DNA of 59,786 bases, counting the filler. It is 3 parts of 3 records of this genome, joined end to end, with 100 filler letters (N's around TTAATTAATTAA, not from the genome) between each part and the next. Parts side by side here need not be neighbours in the genome. Positions count along the whole stretch, not along the records: positions 1 to 29,898 come from SRR31156797_7107; 2 more parts are not named here. The stretch is one strand, 5' to 3'. The number at the start of each line of letters is the position of its first letter. The first letter of the stretch is position 1. This document shows positions 1 to 10,004 of this stretch, in pieces. A model generated the notes under the pieces. The model worked only from the letters and a program-made list of their open reading frames with translations. It was not told the DNA's origin and did no database searches. The translations under genes were made by a program, and so were the position numbers.

Positions 1-828
1 GGACATGAAAAAGGGGCCTTTACCGGCGCCCTGAAAAACCATCCGGGCCTGATCGAACAGGCGGATGGCGGTACTCTTTTCCTGGATGAAGTGGGAGAAC
101 TTACTCCTTCGCTGCAAAAATCCTTCCTTCGGATTCTTCAGGAACATCGCTTCCGCCCCCTGGGCGGAAAAAAAGAGGCGTCAAGCAACTTCAGACTGGT
201 GGCGGCCACCAATCGAAACCTGGACGAAATGGTGGCAACGGGCCGATTCCGAAGCGACCTCCTGTACCGTCTTCGCACCGTTGTGATTGAATCGCCGCCC
301 TTGCGACACCGGCTCGAAGACGTTGAGGATCTCGCCATTCATCATGTGGGAAGATTCTGTGAGAAATCACGGATCATGATGAAGGGGTTTTCTTCGGATT
401 TTTTTAAAGTTCTGAGAGCCTATGGCTGGCCCGGAAACGTTCGGGAACTGCACAATGCTCTGGAGAGCGCTGTCATAGCCGCTCGGGATGAACCGATAAT
501 GTATCCGTATCACCTTCCGAACCACATCCGTGCCGCAGCTGCAAGGGCCTCGGTCGACGGGAATAAGAACTTCATTCCCCATGAAAAGGATCTCATTGAA
601 AATGACCTTTCCGCCGAAGGATCTCTTTTGCCGTTTAAGGATTACCGCGCCCGGCTTCTGGAACAGGGGGAAAAGGTATATTTCAACCACATCGCCTCGC
701 TTTTCAAGGGAGAAGTGAACGAAGCGTGCAGATTATCGGGGCTGTCAAGATCCAGGCTTTACCATCTTCTTAGAAAGCACAATATTTCCCTTTCAAATCA
801 TTCCCGTTCCGGCGCAAACGGGTCCTGA
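1..828 (+). CDS. Sigma54-dependent transcriptional activator (bEBP, NtrC/Fis family), 5'-truncated by the window edge
   Basis: Frame +1 from base 1 reads [10 protein letters not shown]...[12 protein letters not shown]...[10 protein letters not shown]...FRSDLLYRL...WPGNVREL, ending in a Fis-type HTH ([19 protein letters not shown]). Confidence 0.93.
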   Translation, partial: GHEKGAFTGALKNHPGLIEQADGGTLFLDEVGELTPSLQKSFLRILQEHRFRPLGGKKEASSNFRLVAATNRNLDEMVATGRFRSDLLYRLRTVVIESPPLRHRLEDVEDLAIHHVGRFCEKSRIMMKGFSSDFFKVLRAYGWPGNVRELHNALESAVIAARDEPIMYPYHLPNHIRAAAARASVDGNKNFIPHEKDLIENDLSAEGSLLPFKDYRARLLEQGEKVYFNHIASLFKGEVNEACRLSGLSRSRLYHLLRKHNISLSNHSRSGANGS

Positions 829-862
829 TTTTCAGGACATGCATTTCCCGTTATTCAGGATT
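822..862 (+). promoter_or_regulatory. Putative bEBP upstream activator sites (perfect palindrome plus a degenerate copy)
   Basis: GTCCTGA-TTT-TCAGGAC at 822-838 and a similar TTCCCGTTATTCAGGA nearby, about 120-135 nt upstream of a -24/-12 promoter. Confidence 0.55.
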
Positions 863-957
863 CGTCCTGCCCGCCGGTAGAAAATCACCTGCAATCCTAT
901 CCGTAAATATTGTAAAAGCTTTCGAAATCATTATGTAAGTTGCCTTTCCGCCGTATG

Positions 958-973
958 TGGTATGGATTTTGCT
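958..973 (+). promoter_or_regulatory. Sigma54 (-24/-12) promoter
   Basis: TGGTATGGATTTTGCT matches GG-N10-GC with TTGC at -12, about 45 nt before the ATG at 1018. Confidence 0.75.
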
Positions 974-1017
974 GAAACTGCTTTTCAACAGTGTCAGCGA
1001 AAGGATATTGAACCGCC

Positions 1018-1404
1018 ATGGTATTGCTTTATGTAAATGATGGGGTGAATGGTGTTGCCCAACGCCTTGAAATGACCGTCGGCCATGTGGTTCCCAAAGG
1101 GAACCTTCAAACATGCCATGGGTTGGAAGATTTCTCTAAGCGGCTTCTCAGACGCCCTTGGGAGGGACTCAAAATTGCGGTTATTGCGGTCATGAACCAT
1201 GAGGATCTGCAGGAATTCATTTCACTTCGGGAATTGCTCAATGGCCTTTCCATCATTCTTATCCTGCCCATTGGGGAGAGCAGCCGTGTTTCCAAGTGGC
1301 ATTGCCTTTATCCACGTTATGTGACCCACGCCGACAGTGATTTCAAGGATGTTGCCGCTGTTTTGGAAAAATTGCTTAAAAACCTGGAAAAAGAGAAATA
1401 TTGA
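1018..1404 (+). CDS. Hypothetical protein, possibly a degenerate receiver-like alpha/beta domain
   Basis: 128-aa ORF, first gene after the sigma54 promoter. Alternating beta/alpha pattern (VLLYVND, IAVIAV, IILILP) with no clear phospho-Asp/Lys set. Confidence 0.6.
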   Translation: MVLLYVNDGVNGVAQRLEMTVGHVVPKGNLQTCHGLEDFSKRLLRRPWEGLKIAVIAVMNHEDLQEFISLRELLNGLSIILILPIGESSRVSKWHCLYPRYVTHADSDFKDVAAVLEKLLKNLEKEKY

Positions 1405-1419
1405 GGGAAAGGAGATGGG

Positions 1420-1932
1420 ATGGCGCAAAGAGTGGATAATGGGGAGCAGGGTGTAAAAACCATCGCCCACAGGGAAGGTAAATATTTAACCTTTACCCTG
1501 GCCGGTGAAGAGTACGGCATCGGCATATTGAAAATCAAGGAGATCATCGGAATGATGCCCATTACTTCGGTGCCTCGAACGCCATTTTTTGTAAAGGGCG
1601 TGATCAATCTTCGCGGCAAGGTGATTCCCGTTTTGGATCTTCGCGTGCGGTTCGAAATGGAGGCCATCGATTATACGGAGCGGACCTGTATCGTGGTGGT
1701 GGAGATGGACGGCTCGGCCGGTACGGTCATGATCGGCATGGTGGTGGATTCGGTTTCGGAGGTGTTGAACATCAAGGAGGATGATATCGAAGATACGCCT
1801 TCCTTCGGTGACACAATCGACACCGATTATGTTCTGGGCATGGCCAGGATGGGCGGGGATGTGAAGATTTTGCTGGATATTGATCGGGTATTGAGTGACG
1901 GAGAAATGGATCTGGCGGAGGACTTGGCCTAG
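1420..1932 (+). CDS. cheW: Chemotaxis coupling protein CheW
   Basis: KYLTFTLAGEEYGIGILKIKEII...VPRTPFFVKGVINLRGKVIPVLDLR...GMVVDSVSEV; RBS AAGGAG. Confidence 0.95.
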   Translation: MAQRVDNGEQGVKTIAHREGKYLTFTLAGEEYGIGILKIKEIIGMMPITSVPRTPFFVKGVINLRGKVIPVLDLRVRFEMEAIDYTERTCIVVVEMDGSAGTVMIGMVVDSVSEVLNIKEDDIEDTPSFGDTIDTDYVLGMARMGGDVKILLDIDRVLSDGEMDLAEDLA

Positions 1933-2022
1933 TTTCGGGATGGCTTAGCTGGTTGGAATTCCCGATTTTTATAAAAATCCGAAAGCCAATGAAAAAAACC
2001 AATTAAATTGAGGAGTGAAATT

Positions 2023-3981
2023 ATGTTCAAGAATATGACGGTGGGTGCCAAAATCGCGGGTGGATTTGCCATTGCGTTGGTTTTGACCGCGGTGATCGGT
2101 CTCATCAGTATCTATTACATGAGTGATGTGGGAAAAATCGTTAACCAACTGGCAACCCAGGAGATTCCCGAGACGTCGGCCGTTGTGGAGACCGAGCGGG
2201 CCATGTGGCATACCCACGTCTTATCTTACGAATTCGACATTAAGCTGAACGAGCAGAGCAAGAAGGAATGGTTTGACCAGCGGGATATGATCGGAAAGGC
2301 CGTCGGTAAAATCGTACCCATTGCAACGGCCCTGAACCATCAGGAGACTTTAAAGGCCGCCAACGGCGTCAAAAAACGCCTTGCGGAATATGCCAAGGTC
2401 GGAGAAGAGTACACCTCGTTGGCCATGGCGAATAAGGGAATAGAGAAACAGATGGAGAAGGACGCATCCATCATTGAGGAACAGTGGACGGGCTATATAA
2501 GCGGTCAGAATGAAAAGATTCATAAATCGATCGCTGATCAGGATTTTGAGGATGTCGTATCGAGAATCACCAAACTCAAACTCGCCAACGACGCCATAGA
2601 TCTCTATAACCATATCCGGAAAAACGAATATCTCTATATCCTGCATCAACATCCGGAAAACGCCGACACGCTGCATGAAAGCCTGAATAAGCTGATTTCG
2701 ATGACCCAAAATACATTCATGCTGTCCAAATCCGCCGATGACGTGAAGCGGGGGGAACTGGCCCTCGAGTACACGAAGAAATTCGAAGAGCATATGGATC
2801 AATGGATCGGCAACAAGAAAAAGCAGGTCAACCTCCTCAAGCAGTCCGACAGGGTTGCCATGGGGATTGTCGATCTGGCTTCGAAAACCGCCATACAGGC
2901 CGACAAGGACGCTTACGACGTGGGCGTGGCCGCCGTGGATCTTGTGAACAATGTAAAACTGCTCCTGATTGTGCTGCTGGTCTGCGCCATCCTCATGGGG
3001 TCCCTACTGGCCTATTTTATTACCCGGGGGATTACCAGGCCCGTGAACCGTATCATCGAAGGCCTTAACGACGGCGCCGAGCAGGTGGCCGCCGCCTCTT
3101 CCCAGGTATCCTCCGCCAGTCAGTCCCTGGCGGAGGGGTCGAGCGAGCAGGCCGCTTCCATAGAGGAGACCTCCGCATCCCTGGAAGAGATGTCCTCCAT
3201 GACCAAACAAAACGCACAACATTCAAGAGAGGCGGACCAACTTATGAAAGAGGCCAATCAAGGGGTCGGTCAGGCCAATGATTCCATGAACCGACTGACC
3301 CGTTCCATGGGAGAGATTTCAACGGCCAGCGAGGAGACCTCGAAAATCATCAAGACCATTGACGAGATTGCCTTTCAGACCAATCTCCTGGCGCTGAACG
3401 CGGCGGTGGAGGCGGCCCGTGCCGGCGAGGCGGGCGCCGGATTCGCCGTGGTGGCCGACGAGGTGCGAAACCTGGCCATGCGTGCGGCGGATGCGGCCAA
3501 GAGCACGGCGGAACTGATTGAAGGAACCGTTAAAAAAGTAAACGACGGTTCAGGCCTTGTTGCCAAGACCAACGCGGACTTCAACCATGTGGCAACAAAT
3601 GCCGGCAAGGTCGGGGAATTGGTGGGCGAGATTGCGGCCGCTTCCAGTGAACAGGCCCAGGGCATTGACCAGGTCAACACGGCCGTGGCCGAGATGGATA
3701 AAGTGGTTCAGCAGAACGCCTCCACTGCCGAGGAGTCGGCCAGCGCCTCCGAGGAGATGAATGCCCAGTCCGAACAGATGAAGGCCATGGTGAATGAATT
3801 GGTGGTTCTTGTGGGCGGGACTGCAAAGGGCAAAAGCGGGGGAAACCGCCATGAATCTTTGTCCCACGGGGTCCTTCCGGCAAGGAAGGCCGACGAAAGG
3901 GCGGTTGTTCCCCACAAGGCAAAGGCCTTGAGTCCCGGGCAGGTTATCCCCATGGATGAAGAGGATTATAAGGATTTTTAA
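2023..3981 (+). CDS. Methyl-accepting chemotaxis protein
   Basis: Two TM helices flanking a large periplasmic domain, plus the signalling hairpin [43 protein letters not shown] 2023 follows GAGGAG. Confidence 0.95.
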   Translation: MFKNMTVGAKIAGGFAIALVLTAVIGLISIYYMSDVGKIVNQLATQEIPETSAVVETERAMWHTHVLSYEFDIKLNEQSKKEWFDQRDMIGKAVGKIVPIATALNHQETLKAANGVKKRLAEYAKVGEEYTSLAMANKGIEKQMEKDASIIEEQWTGYISGQNEKIHKSIADQDFEDVVSRITKLKLANDAIDLYNHIRKNEYLYILHQHPENADTLHESLNKLISMTQNTFMLSKSADDVKRGELALEYTKKFEEHMDQWIGNKKKQVNLLKQSDRVAMGIVDLASKTAIQADKDAYDVGVAAVDLVNNVKLLLIVLLVCAILMGSLLAYFITRGITRPVNRIIEGLNDGAEQVAAASSQVSSASQSLAEGSSEQAASIEETSASLEEMSSMTKQNAQHSREADQLMKEANQGVGQANDSMNRLTRSMGEISTASEETSKIIKTIDEIAFQTNLLALNAAVEAARAGEAGAGFAVVADEVRNLAMRAADAAKSTAELIEGTVKKVNDGSGLVAKTNADFNHVATNAGKVGELVGEIAAASSEQAQGIDQVNTAVAEMDKVVQQNASTAEESASASEEMNAQSEQMKAMVNELVVLVGGTAKGKSGGNRHESLSHGVLPARKADERAVVPHKAKALSPGQVIPMDEEDYKDF

Positions 3982-4007
3982 AGGAAACGGATGCCGCGGT
4001 TTTTCAT

Positions 4008-4241
4008 TCAACCCCCCTCAAGGGGTGGAAAGAATACCAACGCATCCCCCTGTTCCAGTACATGATCCAGGGCGCAGTGACGGCCGTTAACCATGGTGAT
4101 GATCTTGATGTCCTTGGGGACCGCCAATTCCCCAAGGGCATCCTTCACCGTGGCCCCATCCGGAACGTCCAATCCTCCACCTGGGTTCAGCCCTTCGGTA
4201 AACCGCCTTAATGAGGCATATCCCCTGATTTTTATACGCAT
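4008..4241 (-). CDS. MoaD/ThiS-family sulfur carrier (AOR-associated)
   Basis: 77-aa ubiquitin-like protein ending in FFPPLEGG (C-terminal GG); divergent from the AOR gene. Confidence 0.9.
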   Translation of the reverse strand: MRIKIRGYASLRRFTEGLNPGGGLDVPDGATVKDALGELAVPKDIKIITMVNGRHCALDHVLEQGDALVFFPPLEGG

Positions 4242-4361
4242 CTCCCCTTAACCTCGCCTTCTTTTCGCTATGTGTAATAAAAGTTATATATCATATTTAA
4301 ATTGCAAGGAAAATGAATATTTGATAAGGTAAAGGGAAATTGATGGAGGAGGCTTTTTGAG

Positions 4362-6194
4362 ATGGGTTACATGGGTAGAATTTTAAGGGTTGATCTGGTG
4401 AATAGAAGCGTTCGCCATGAGGTTTTGAACCGGAAATGGGCAAGGGAGTATATCGGAGGCAGAGGCCTGGGCATGCGATATCTGTTTGAGGAGGTGGACC
4501 CTTTGTGTGATCCCATGGGGCCCCACAACAAACTGATCATGATGACGGGCCCCCTTACGGGTACCGCGGCCCCCACCGGCGCCCGCTATATGGTCATGAC
4601 CAAATCACCCCTGACCGGGGCGGTTACCTGTTCCAATTCAGGTGGGCATTTCCCCGCCATGCTTAAGAAAACCGGTATTGACGGAATCATTTTTGAGGGG
4701 TGCGCCAGTGAACCGGTCTATTTGTACGTTACTGAAAAAAAAGCCGAACTCAGGTCGGCAAATCACCTCTGGGGAAAAGATACCCATGAAACCACCGATC
4801 TTTTAAAAAAGGAGACGGATAAAAGAACAAAGGTTGCCTGCATCGGGCCCGCCGGTGAAAAGGGGGTTCTGTTTGCCGGCATCATGAACGACAAGGATCG
4901 GGCCGCCGGCCGATCGGGGGTGGGCGCCGTCATGGGCGCCAAAAACCTCAAAGCGGTTGCGGTCACGGGTGATTTGAAGGTGCCTCTGGCGGATGGGAAG
5001 GTTTTTCAAGGGCATGTGAAAACCTATGTTGCAAAATTCAAAGAGAGCTTCAAGGACCAACCGCCGCCCCTTCGTACCTACGGCACCGCCATTACGGTTA
5101 TCGGTACGCAGAACGCCGGCGTTTTCCCAACCCGTAATTTCCAACAGGGCACTTTTGAAAAATGGGAGGAGATCGGAGGGGAGGCGCTTACGGAGAAGTT
5201 CCTGGTGAAGCCGGCCGCCTGTTTCAGTTGTCCCATCGCATGTGGCCGGGTGACCCGAATTACGGAAGGCCCCTATCAGGGGGAAGGCGAAGGCCCGGAA
5301 TATGAGACCGTTTATGCCCTCGGAAGCAACTGCGGTATCGGGGACTTGGCGGCGCTCACCAAGGCCAATTACATCTGCAACGAAATGGGCATGGACACCA
5401 TCACCATGGGCGCCACCGTGGCTTGTGCCATGGAGATGTACGAAAAGGGTATTTTGAGTGAAGCTCAAATCGGACGTCCCCTGCCCTTTGGAGATGCCGA
5501 AGGCCTCATCGAAATGTGTCGGAAAACCGCGTCCATGGAGGGTTTTGGAAAGGAACTGGCCATGGGGAGTCTCAGGCTGGCAACCGCCCATGGGTGCCCG
5601 GAGCTGGCCGTTGTGTCCAAGGGACAGGAATTTGCGGGCTATGATCCGAGGGGCGAAAAGGGGATGGGGCTGGCCTATGCCACCAGCAACATCGGAGCCT
5701 CCCATATGCGGGGAGATCCGGCTTACATCGAACTGCTCGGGGTACCCATGCTCGTTGATCCCCTGGCGCTGGACGGCAAGGCCCAAGTGGTCAAAGACTG
5801 GCAGGACGTATTTGCGCTCATCGATTCAGCCGGGCTCTGTGTGTTCTTCTCCGTTCGCAATCTGGTGACGCCTACGAAAGACATCCGTCCCGACGGTTTG
5901 TTAAAGCTTCTTAACGCCGCCACCGGCGCAACGTACGACGTGGACGAACTGGTGCGGGCGGGGGAGCGGATCATCAGCCTGGAGCGCCTTTTTCTCAAAA
6001 GGGCGGGGTTCGGTGCCAAAGACGATGCCCTACCCAAACGGATCACCTCGGAACCCCTTCCGGACGGGCCCGCAAAAGGGCAGGTGTGCGAACTGGATCG
6101 GATGCTGCCCGAGTATTACACCCTTCGCGGGTGGACCGATGATGGTTGTCCGGGGAATGAAACCCTGAAAACCCTGGGGCTCGATACACTTTGA
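4362..6194 (+). CDS. aor: Aldehyde:ferredoxin oxidoreductase (tungsten AOR family)
   Basis: GYMGRILRVDL, YIGGRGLG, RAAGRSGVGAVMGAKNLKAV, CFSCPIAC, GPEYET, GMDTIT, DSAGLCVF, EYYTLRGW. Confidence 0.93.
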   Translation: MGYMGRILRVDLVNRSVRHEVLNRKWAREYIGGRGLGMRYLFEEVDPLCDPMGPHNKLIMMTGPLTGTAAPTGARYMVMTKSPLTGAVTCSNSGGHFPAMLKKTGIDGIIFEGCASEPVYLYVTEKKAELRSANHLWGKDTHETTDLLKKETDKRTKVACIGPAGEKGVLFAGIMNDKDRAAGRSGVGAVMGAKNLKAVAVTGDLKVPLADGKVFQGHVKTYVAKFKESFKDQPPPLRTYGTAITVIGTQNAGVFPTRNFQQGTFEKWEEIGGEALTEKFLVKPAACFSCPIACGRVTRITEGPYQGEGEGPEYETVYALGSNCGIGDLAALTKANYICNEMGMDTITMGATVACAMEMYEKGILSEAQIGRPLPFGDAEGLIEMCRKTASMEGFGKELAMGSLRLATAHGCPELAVVSKGQEFAGYDPRGEKGMGLAYATSNIGASHMRGDPAYIELLGVPMLVDPLALDGKAQVVKDWQDVFALIDSAGLCVFFSVRNLVTPTKDIRPDGLLKLLNAATGATYDVDELVRAGERIISLERLFLKRAGFGAKDDALPKRITSEPLPDGPAKGQVCELDRMLPEYYTLRGWTDDGCPGNETLKTLGLDTL

Positions 6195-6243
6195 TGTCCA
6201 CGTCTTGAATGTACTAAAATTTCAGAATTCACAGGATAATCCC

Positions 6244-7056
6244 ATGAAGAAACTCATTATTACGGTTGCACCAACCGGTTCGATTCCCACAAAAAAACAG
6301 AATCCCCATGTCCCCATTACCCCTTCGGAGATCATTGAAACCGGCATCCGTTGCGAACAGGCAGGCGCATCCATCATCCATGTCCACGCCAGAAATCTCG
6401 AAGACGAATCCCCATCCACCGACTATCATCTCTTTGAAGAAATCTATACGGGGCTCAAGGAAAAAACCGATCTTATCATCCAGATTTCAACGGGAGGTCG
6501 GGCAGGGATGACCTATGAAGCCCGTTGTGATCGGCTCCGCCTCAGGCCTGAGATGGCCAGCTTGACCACCGGTTCCGTGAATTTTCCCACCTCGGTCTAC
6601 GAAAACAGTCCGGACCTTATTCAGGCTCTGGCAAACGATATGATGAAATACGGCATCAAGCCTGAAATGGAAGTTTTTGATCTGGGTATGATCAATAATG
6701 CCGTTTTGCTCGCAAAGAAAGGGTTTGCGGATCCGCCCCTTCACTTTGATTTTATCATGGGTCTAAAAGGCGCAATGCCGGCTACCATTGAAAATCTGGT
6801 TTTTTTGAGAAACACCATCCCCCTTGACGCCACCTGGACCGTAGCGGGTGTGGGTCCGGCCCAGCTTTACATGGGGGCGCATGCCATCCTCATGGGGGGG
6901 CACGTTCGGGTGGGTCTTGAAGACAATATTTATTACAAAAAAGGGCAACCGGCAAAAAATGAAGACCTGGTGGATCGCATGGTCCGTTTAAGCCATGAGC
7001 TTGGCCGGGATGTGGCCACACCGGATGATGCCAGGGATATCCTCAGCCTCGGGTGA
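6244..7056 (+). CDS. BKACE (beta-keto acid cleavage enzyme, Kce/DUF849 family)
   Basis: KLIITVAPTG, NPHVPITP, AGASIIHVHAR (Zn His pair), IQISTGG, KPEMEVFD, GGHVRVGLEDN. Confidence 0.9.
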   Translation: MKKLIITVAPTGSIPTKKQNPHVPITPSEIIETGIRCEQAGASIIHVHARNLEDESPSTDYHLFEEIYTGLKEKTDLIIQISTGGRAGMTYEARCDRLRLRPEMASLTTGSVNFPTSVYENSPDLIQALANDMMKYGIKPEMEVFDLGMINNAVLLAKKGFADPPLHFDFIMGLKGAMPATIENLVFLRNTIPLDATWTVAGVGPAQLYMGAHAILMGGHVRVGLEDNIYYKKGQPAKNEDLVDRMVRLSHELGRDVATPDDARDILSLG

Positions 7057-7074
7057 GTCTGAACATAGATCCAT

Positions 7075-7422
7075 TATTCCTTTTCAAAAAATGGCATTTT
7101 AACAATTCGGGCAATCGACCGAACTATATGGTTTGTGTCATATTGGCCAAATATATCCTTCGCTGTCCCGACCGGTCTCATGATGAACCGGAATGGGTTT
7201 CCTTTAAAGATTTCAAACGAACCTCCCATTTCCTGACTTTCCGTGGCGTTCGCGGCGTTACCCCGTGTTTCCCTACTGTTGCTGTTCAATGATGTGGACG
7301 ACGAATTTCCCGCTCAATGTACCGTGCTATTTCAAAAACAGTCGGAATTCTATCTTGATCCGGAATCTCACGCCATGACCGGCGCTTATTTTGCAAAACG
7401 CCTGCAAGGGATCGAAATGTGA
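7075..7422 (+). pseudogene. Degraded DUF3786-like gene (frameshifts and an internal deletion)
   Basis: One frame gives SGNRPNYMVCVILAKYILRCP...EWVSFKDFK. After about 7236 another frame gives LSVAFAALPRVSLLLLFNDVDDEFPAQCTVLFQKQSEFYLDPES...* (stop 7420-7422), which resembles DUF3786 C-termini. Confidence 0.55.
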
Positions 7423-7507
7423 TCATTGAAGATGGGCCTGCCTTTTCAGATTCCCCGGATTCAAAAGGATAGGCTTTAAAAAAAGAAGCGGTAGGAGTGG
7501 TATTTTC

Positions 7508-8527
7508 ATGGCAACTAATATAGAATCCATCAAAACCTATTGTGAAGCATTCAACCTCCTGTTCCGTATGGACCATGAAATAGTGATAATGCAGATGGAT
7601 CCAATGGCCAAAAAAACGCAAACCTCCACGAGAGGTCACGGATTTTCCAAGAAAACTGAAAATGAATTTTCATTCCATGACCTGAGGGTTTACTTTGGAC
7701 CCATGTTCAAACCCGGAGGGCTATCGGAAAACGATATGATGGCCAGTTTCCGCATGGAACCGGATGTCAGTGTTCTGTTCCCATATCTGAACGCGGTTTC
7801 AAAACGGGCGGAACTTCATCAAACGCCCCATTTCATCAGGTTCCTGTATGAAGATCGGTTTTGTGTCCTCTACCCTCGGGCGGGGCTGGTGACACCCGTT
7901 ATAGACCGGCCTCAAGCCCGATTATTCCTGGAGCGGCTGTTTGCCTTTTTGAATGACATATCTTCACGGCGCCGTGAAATCACACCGAACCACAGAATAC
8001 ATCGTCGTGTTTCCGTACTCAATATCCTGAAGCTCCTGCCGAAGACCAACTGCGGTCAATGCGGCTACGCTTCCTGCATGGCGTTTGCCGCTTCCCTCAG
8101 CCTTCAGGAATCGTTCCCTGAAAAATGCCCCCACATCCAATCTCCTCTGGGTGAGCAGGCATTCTACCCGGTTTACGATGCTGAAGGGAATCTGGTCACC
8201 ACGGTGGCCATCGACATCAATACGGCCAGAACCGGTGCGCTTCAACATGCCACCAAAGAATCATCGAATCCCGATGCCACAACCCCCTTGGAGATGGATC
8301 CGGAAAATGCAGAAGCGGCCAACATGTCGTTGCCCATGCCGCTTTCCTCTCGGGAACTGGAGGTCCTCTGTATCTTGGCCGAAGGTACCAGCAACAACGA
8401 AATCTCACGCATGCTTGACATCAGTCCCCATACGGTCAAAAGCCACGTCATTCATATTTTCAACAAACTGGGCGTAAACGACCGTACTCAGGCCGCCGTC
8501 TGGGCGGCCCGCCATCACCTGATATAA
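7508..8527 (+). CDS. Fe-S cluster domain / LuxR-HTH fusion transcriptional regulator (start uncertain)
   Basis: LFPYLNAV N-domain, [19 protein letters not shown]...CP (4Fe-4S 'FeS' domain), and C-terminal LSSRELEVL...[35 protein letters not shown] (LuxR). Confidence 0.85.
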   Translation: MATNIESIKTYCEAFNLLFRMDHEIVIMQMDPMAKKTQTSTRGHGFSKKTENEFSFHDLRVYFGPMFKPGGLSENDMMASFRMEPDVSVLFPYLNAVSKRAELHQTPHFIRFLYEDRFCVLYPRAGLVTPVIDRPQARLFLERLFAFLNDISSRRREITPNHRIHRRVSVLNILKLLPKTNCGQCGYASCMAFAASLSLQESFPEKCPHIQSPLGEQAFYPVYDAEGNLVTTVAIDINTARTGALQHATKESSNPDATTPLEMDPENAEAANMSLPMPLSSRELEVLCILAEGTSNNEISRMLDISPHTVKSHVIHIFNKLGVNDRTQAAVWAARHHLI

Positions 8528-8561
8528 TTGCAGAAAGTTGATTTAAAAATAGGGTGAAGCG

Positions 8562-9272
8562 CTACAGCCCCAGATATGCCCGCCTGATATCTTCATCTTT
8601 GGCCAGGTCGTTTGAAGGACCGCTTCGGGTGATTCGGCCGCTCTCAAGGATATAGGCCCGTTCGGAATGTTTCAGGGCCTGTTCCACATTTTGTTCAACC
8701 AGTAATATGGTGGTTTCTCCGGATAAGGCATCCAGGACCTTGAAAATTTCCTTGGTGACCAGCGGCGCCAATCCCAGGGATAACTCATCAATGAAGAGCA
8801 TCCGGGGACGGCTCATGAGTGCCCGTCCGATGGCGAGCATCTGTTGTTCGCCGCCGCTTAAGGTGCCGGCGGCCTGGTGTTTCCGCTCCGCCAGTATGGG
8901 GAACAATTGAATTACGTGAGCCCTGGTTTGGTCCTTATCTTTTCGGCCCCGTTTGGGATAGGCGCCGATCTCAAGATTTTCCCATACGGTCATGTCCCCA
9001 TAAACCCGCCGTCCTTCAGGCACCAGGGCCAGCCCTTCGCGTATGATCTGGTAGGCTTTCAGTCCTGAAATGAGACGGCCTGCAAAGTGTATTTCGCCCT
9101 GTCTGGAGGGGAGAGCGCCCATGATTGAGAATAGAAGGGTGGACTTTCCGGCGCCGTTGCTGCCTAAGATCGCCACTTTTTCCCCTTGGGCGATCTTAAG
9201 GGAAATGTCCCAGAGGATTTGGGTTTCGCCCCGAAAGACATTTAAATTTGAAAGCTTCAGCAGGTTTTTCAT
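8562..9272 (-). CDS. livF: Branched-chain amino acid-type ABC transporter ATPase (LivF-like)
   Basis: GSNGAGKST, LVPEGRRVY, LSGGEQQMLAIGRALM, LLVEQN. Confidence 0.9.
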   Translation of the reverse strand: MKNLLKLSNLNVFRGETQILWDISLKIAQGEKVAILGSNGAGKSTLLFSIMGALPSRQGEIHFAGRLISGLKAYQIIREGLALVPEGRRVYGDMTVWENLEIGAYPKRGRKDKDQTRAHVIQLFPILAERKHQAAGTLSGGEQQMLAIGRALMSRPRMLFIDELSLGLAPLVTKEIFKVLDALSGETTILLVEQNVEQALKHSERAYILESGRITRSGPSNDLAKDEDIRRAYLGL

Positions 9273-9280
9273 GTTTGCCC

Positions 9281-10000
9281 CTATTCTCCCAGATACGCCT
9301 TTATGACCTGAGGGTCGCTCACCACTTCTTCCGGACTCCCTTCCATGAGATTGGCCCCCTGGTCCAGAACGATAACCCGGTCTGCCGCCTTCATGATGGC
9401 GCCCATGACGTGTTCGATCCAGAAAATCGTCAACCCGAGACTTTCTCTCAGTTCCTGAATCAGTGCGACCGCTTCCTGGATTTCCTGGGAATTGAGCCCG
9501 CCCAGGACTTCGTCCAGCAGCAGAACATTGGGTTTCGTCGCCAAGGCCCGGGCCATTTCCAGCCTTTTTTTCTCAATGAGGTTCAGGCCTTTGGCCAGGG
9601 TCTTGCCGTGGGCGTGAAGCCCCACATGTTTAAGGGCCGCCTGGGCGGGTTCATGCCAGTTGCCGCGCCCGGACTGCCTGGGACTGTTGATCACCGAAAC
9701 GCCTACGTTTTCAACACACGTCATTTCCGGAAAGGGTCGTGTGACCTGGAACGTTCTGGCAATGCCTTGACGGCAGGTGCGGTTGGCGCTGTGCCCCGTT
9801 ATGTCGGCATTGTTAAATATCACGCGGCCGGAAGTGGGTTTGAATGTACCGGCGATCACATTGAAAAGCGTGGTTTTTCCGGCACCGTTGGGACCGATGA
9901 GGCCGACGATTTCGCCCCTGTTTAACGCGAAACGCACATCCGTCAGCGCCAGAACGCCGCCGAATTTCTTGGTCAGGCCGTGACCTTCAAGCAAAGCCAA
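9281..10000 (-). CDS. livG: ABC transporter ATPase (LivG-like)
   Basis: TKKFGGVLAL, GPNGAGKTT, GIARTFQ, LLLDE, IEHVM, VIKAYLG. Confidence 0.9.
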   Translation of the reverse strand: MALLEGHGLTKKFGGVLALTDVRFALNRGEIVGLIGPNGAGKTTLFNVIAGTFKPTSGRVIFNNADITGHSANRTCRQGIARTFQVTRPFPEMTCVENVGVSVINSPRQSGRGNWHEPAQAALKHVGLHAHGKTLAKGLNLIEKKRLEMARALATKPNVLLLDEVLGGLNSQEIQEAVALIQELRESLGLTIFWIEHVMGAIMKAADRVIVLDQGANLMEGSPEEVVSDPQVIKAYLGE

Positions 10001-10004
10001 AATA

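Noticed and set aside
6244-7056. BKACE as evidence of lysine fermentation
   Set aside because: No kamA, kamDE, kdd or kal genes are nearby, and the N-terminal specificity region differs from canonical Kce.
7234-7292. TGA codons as selenocysteine read-through
   Set aside because: The homology switches frame rather than reading through, and there is no Cys-equivalent context or evident SECIS.
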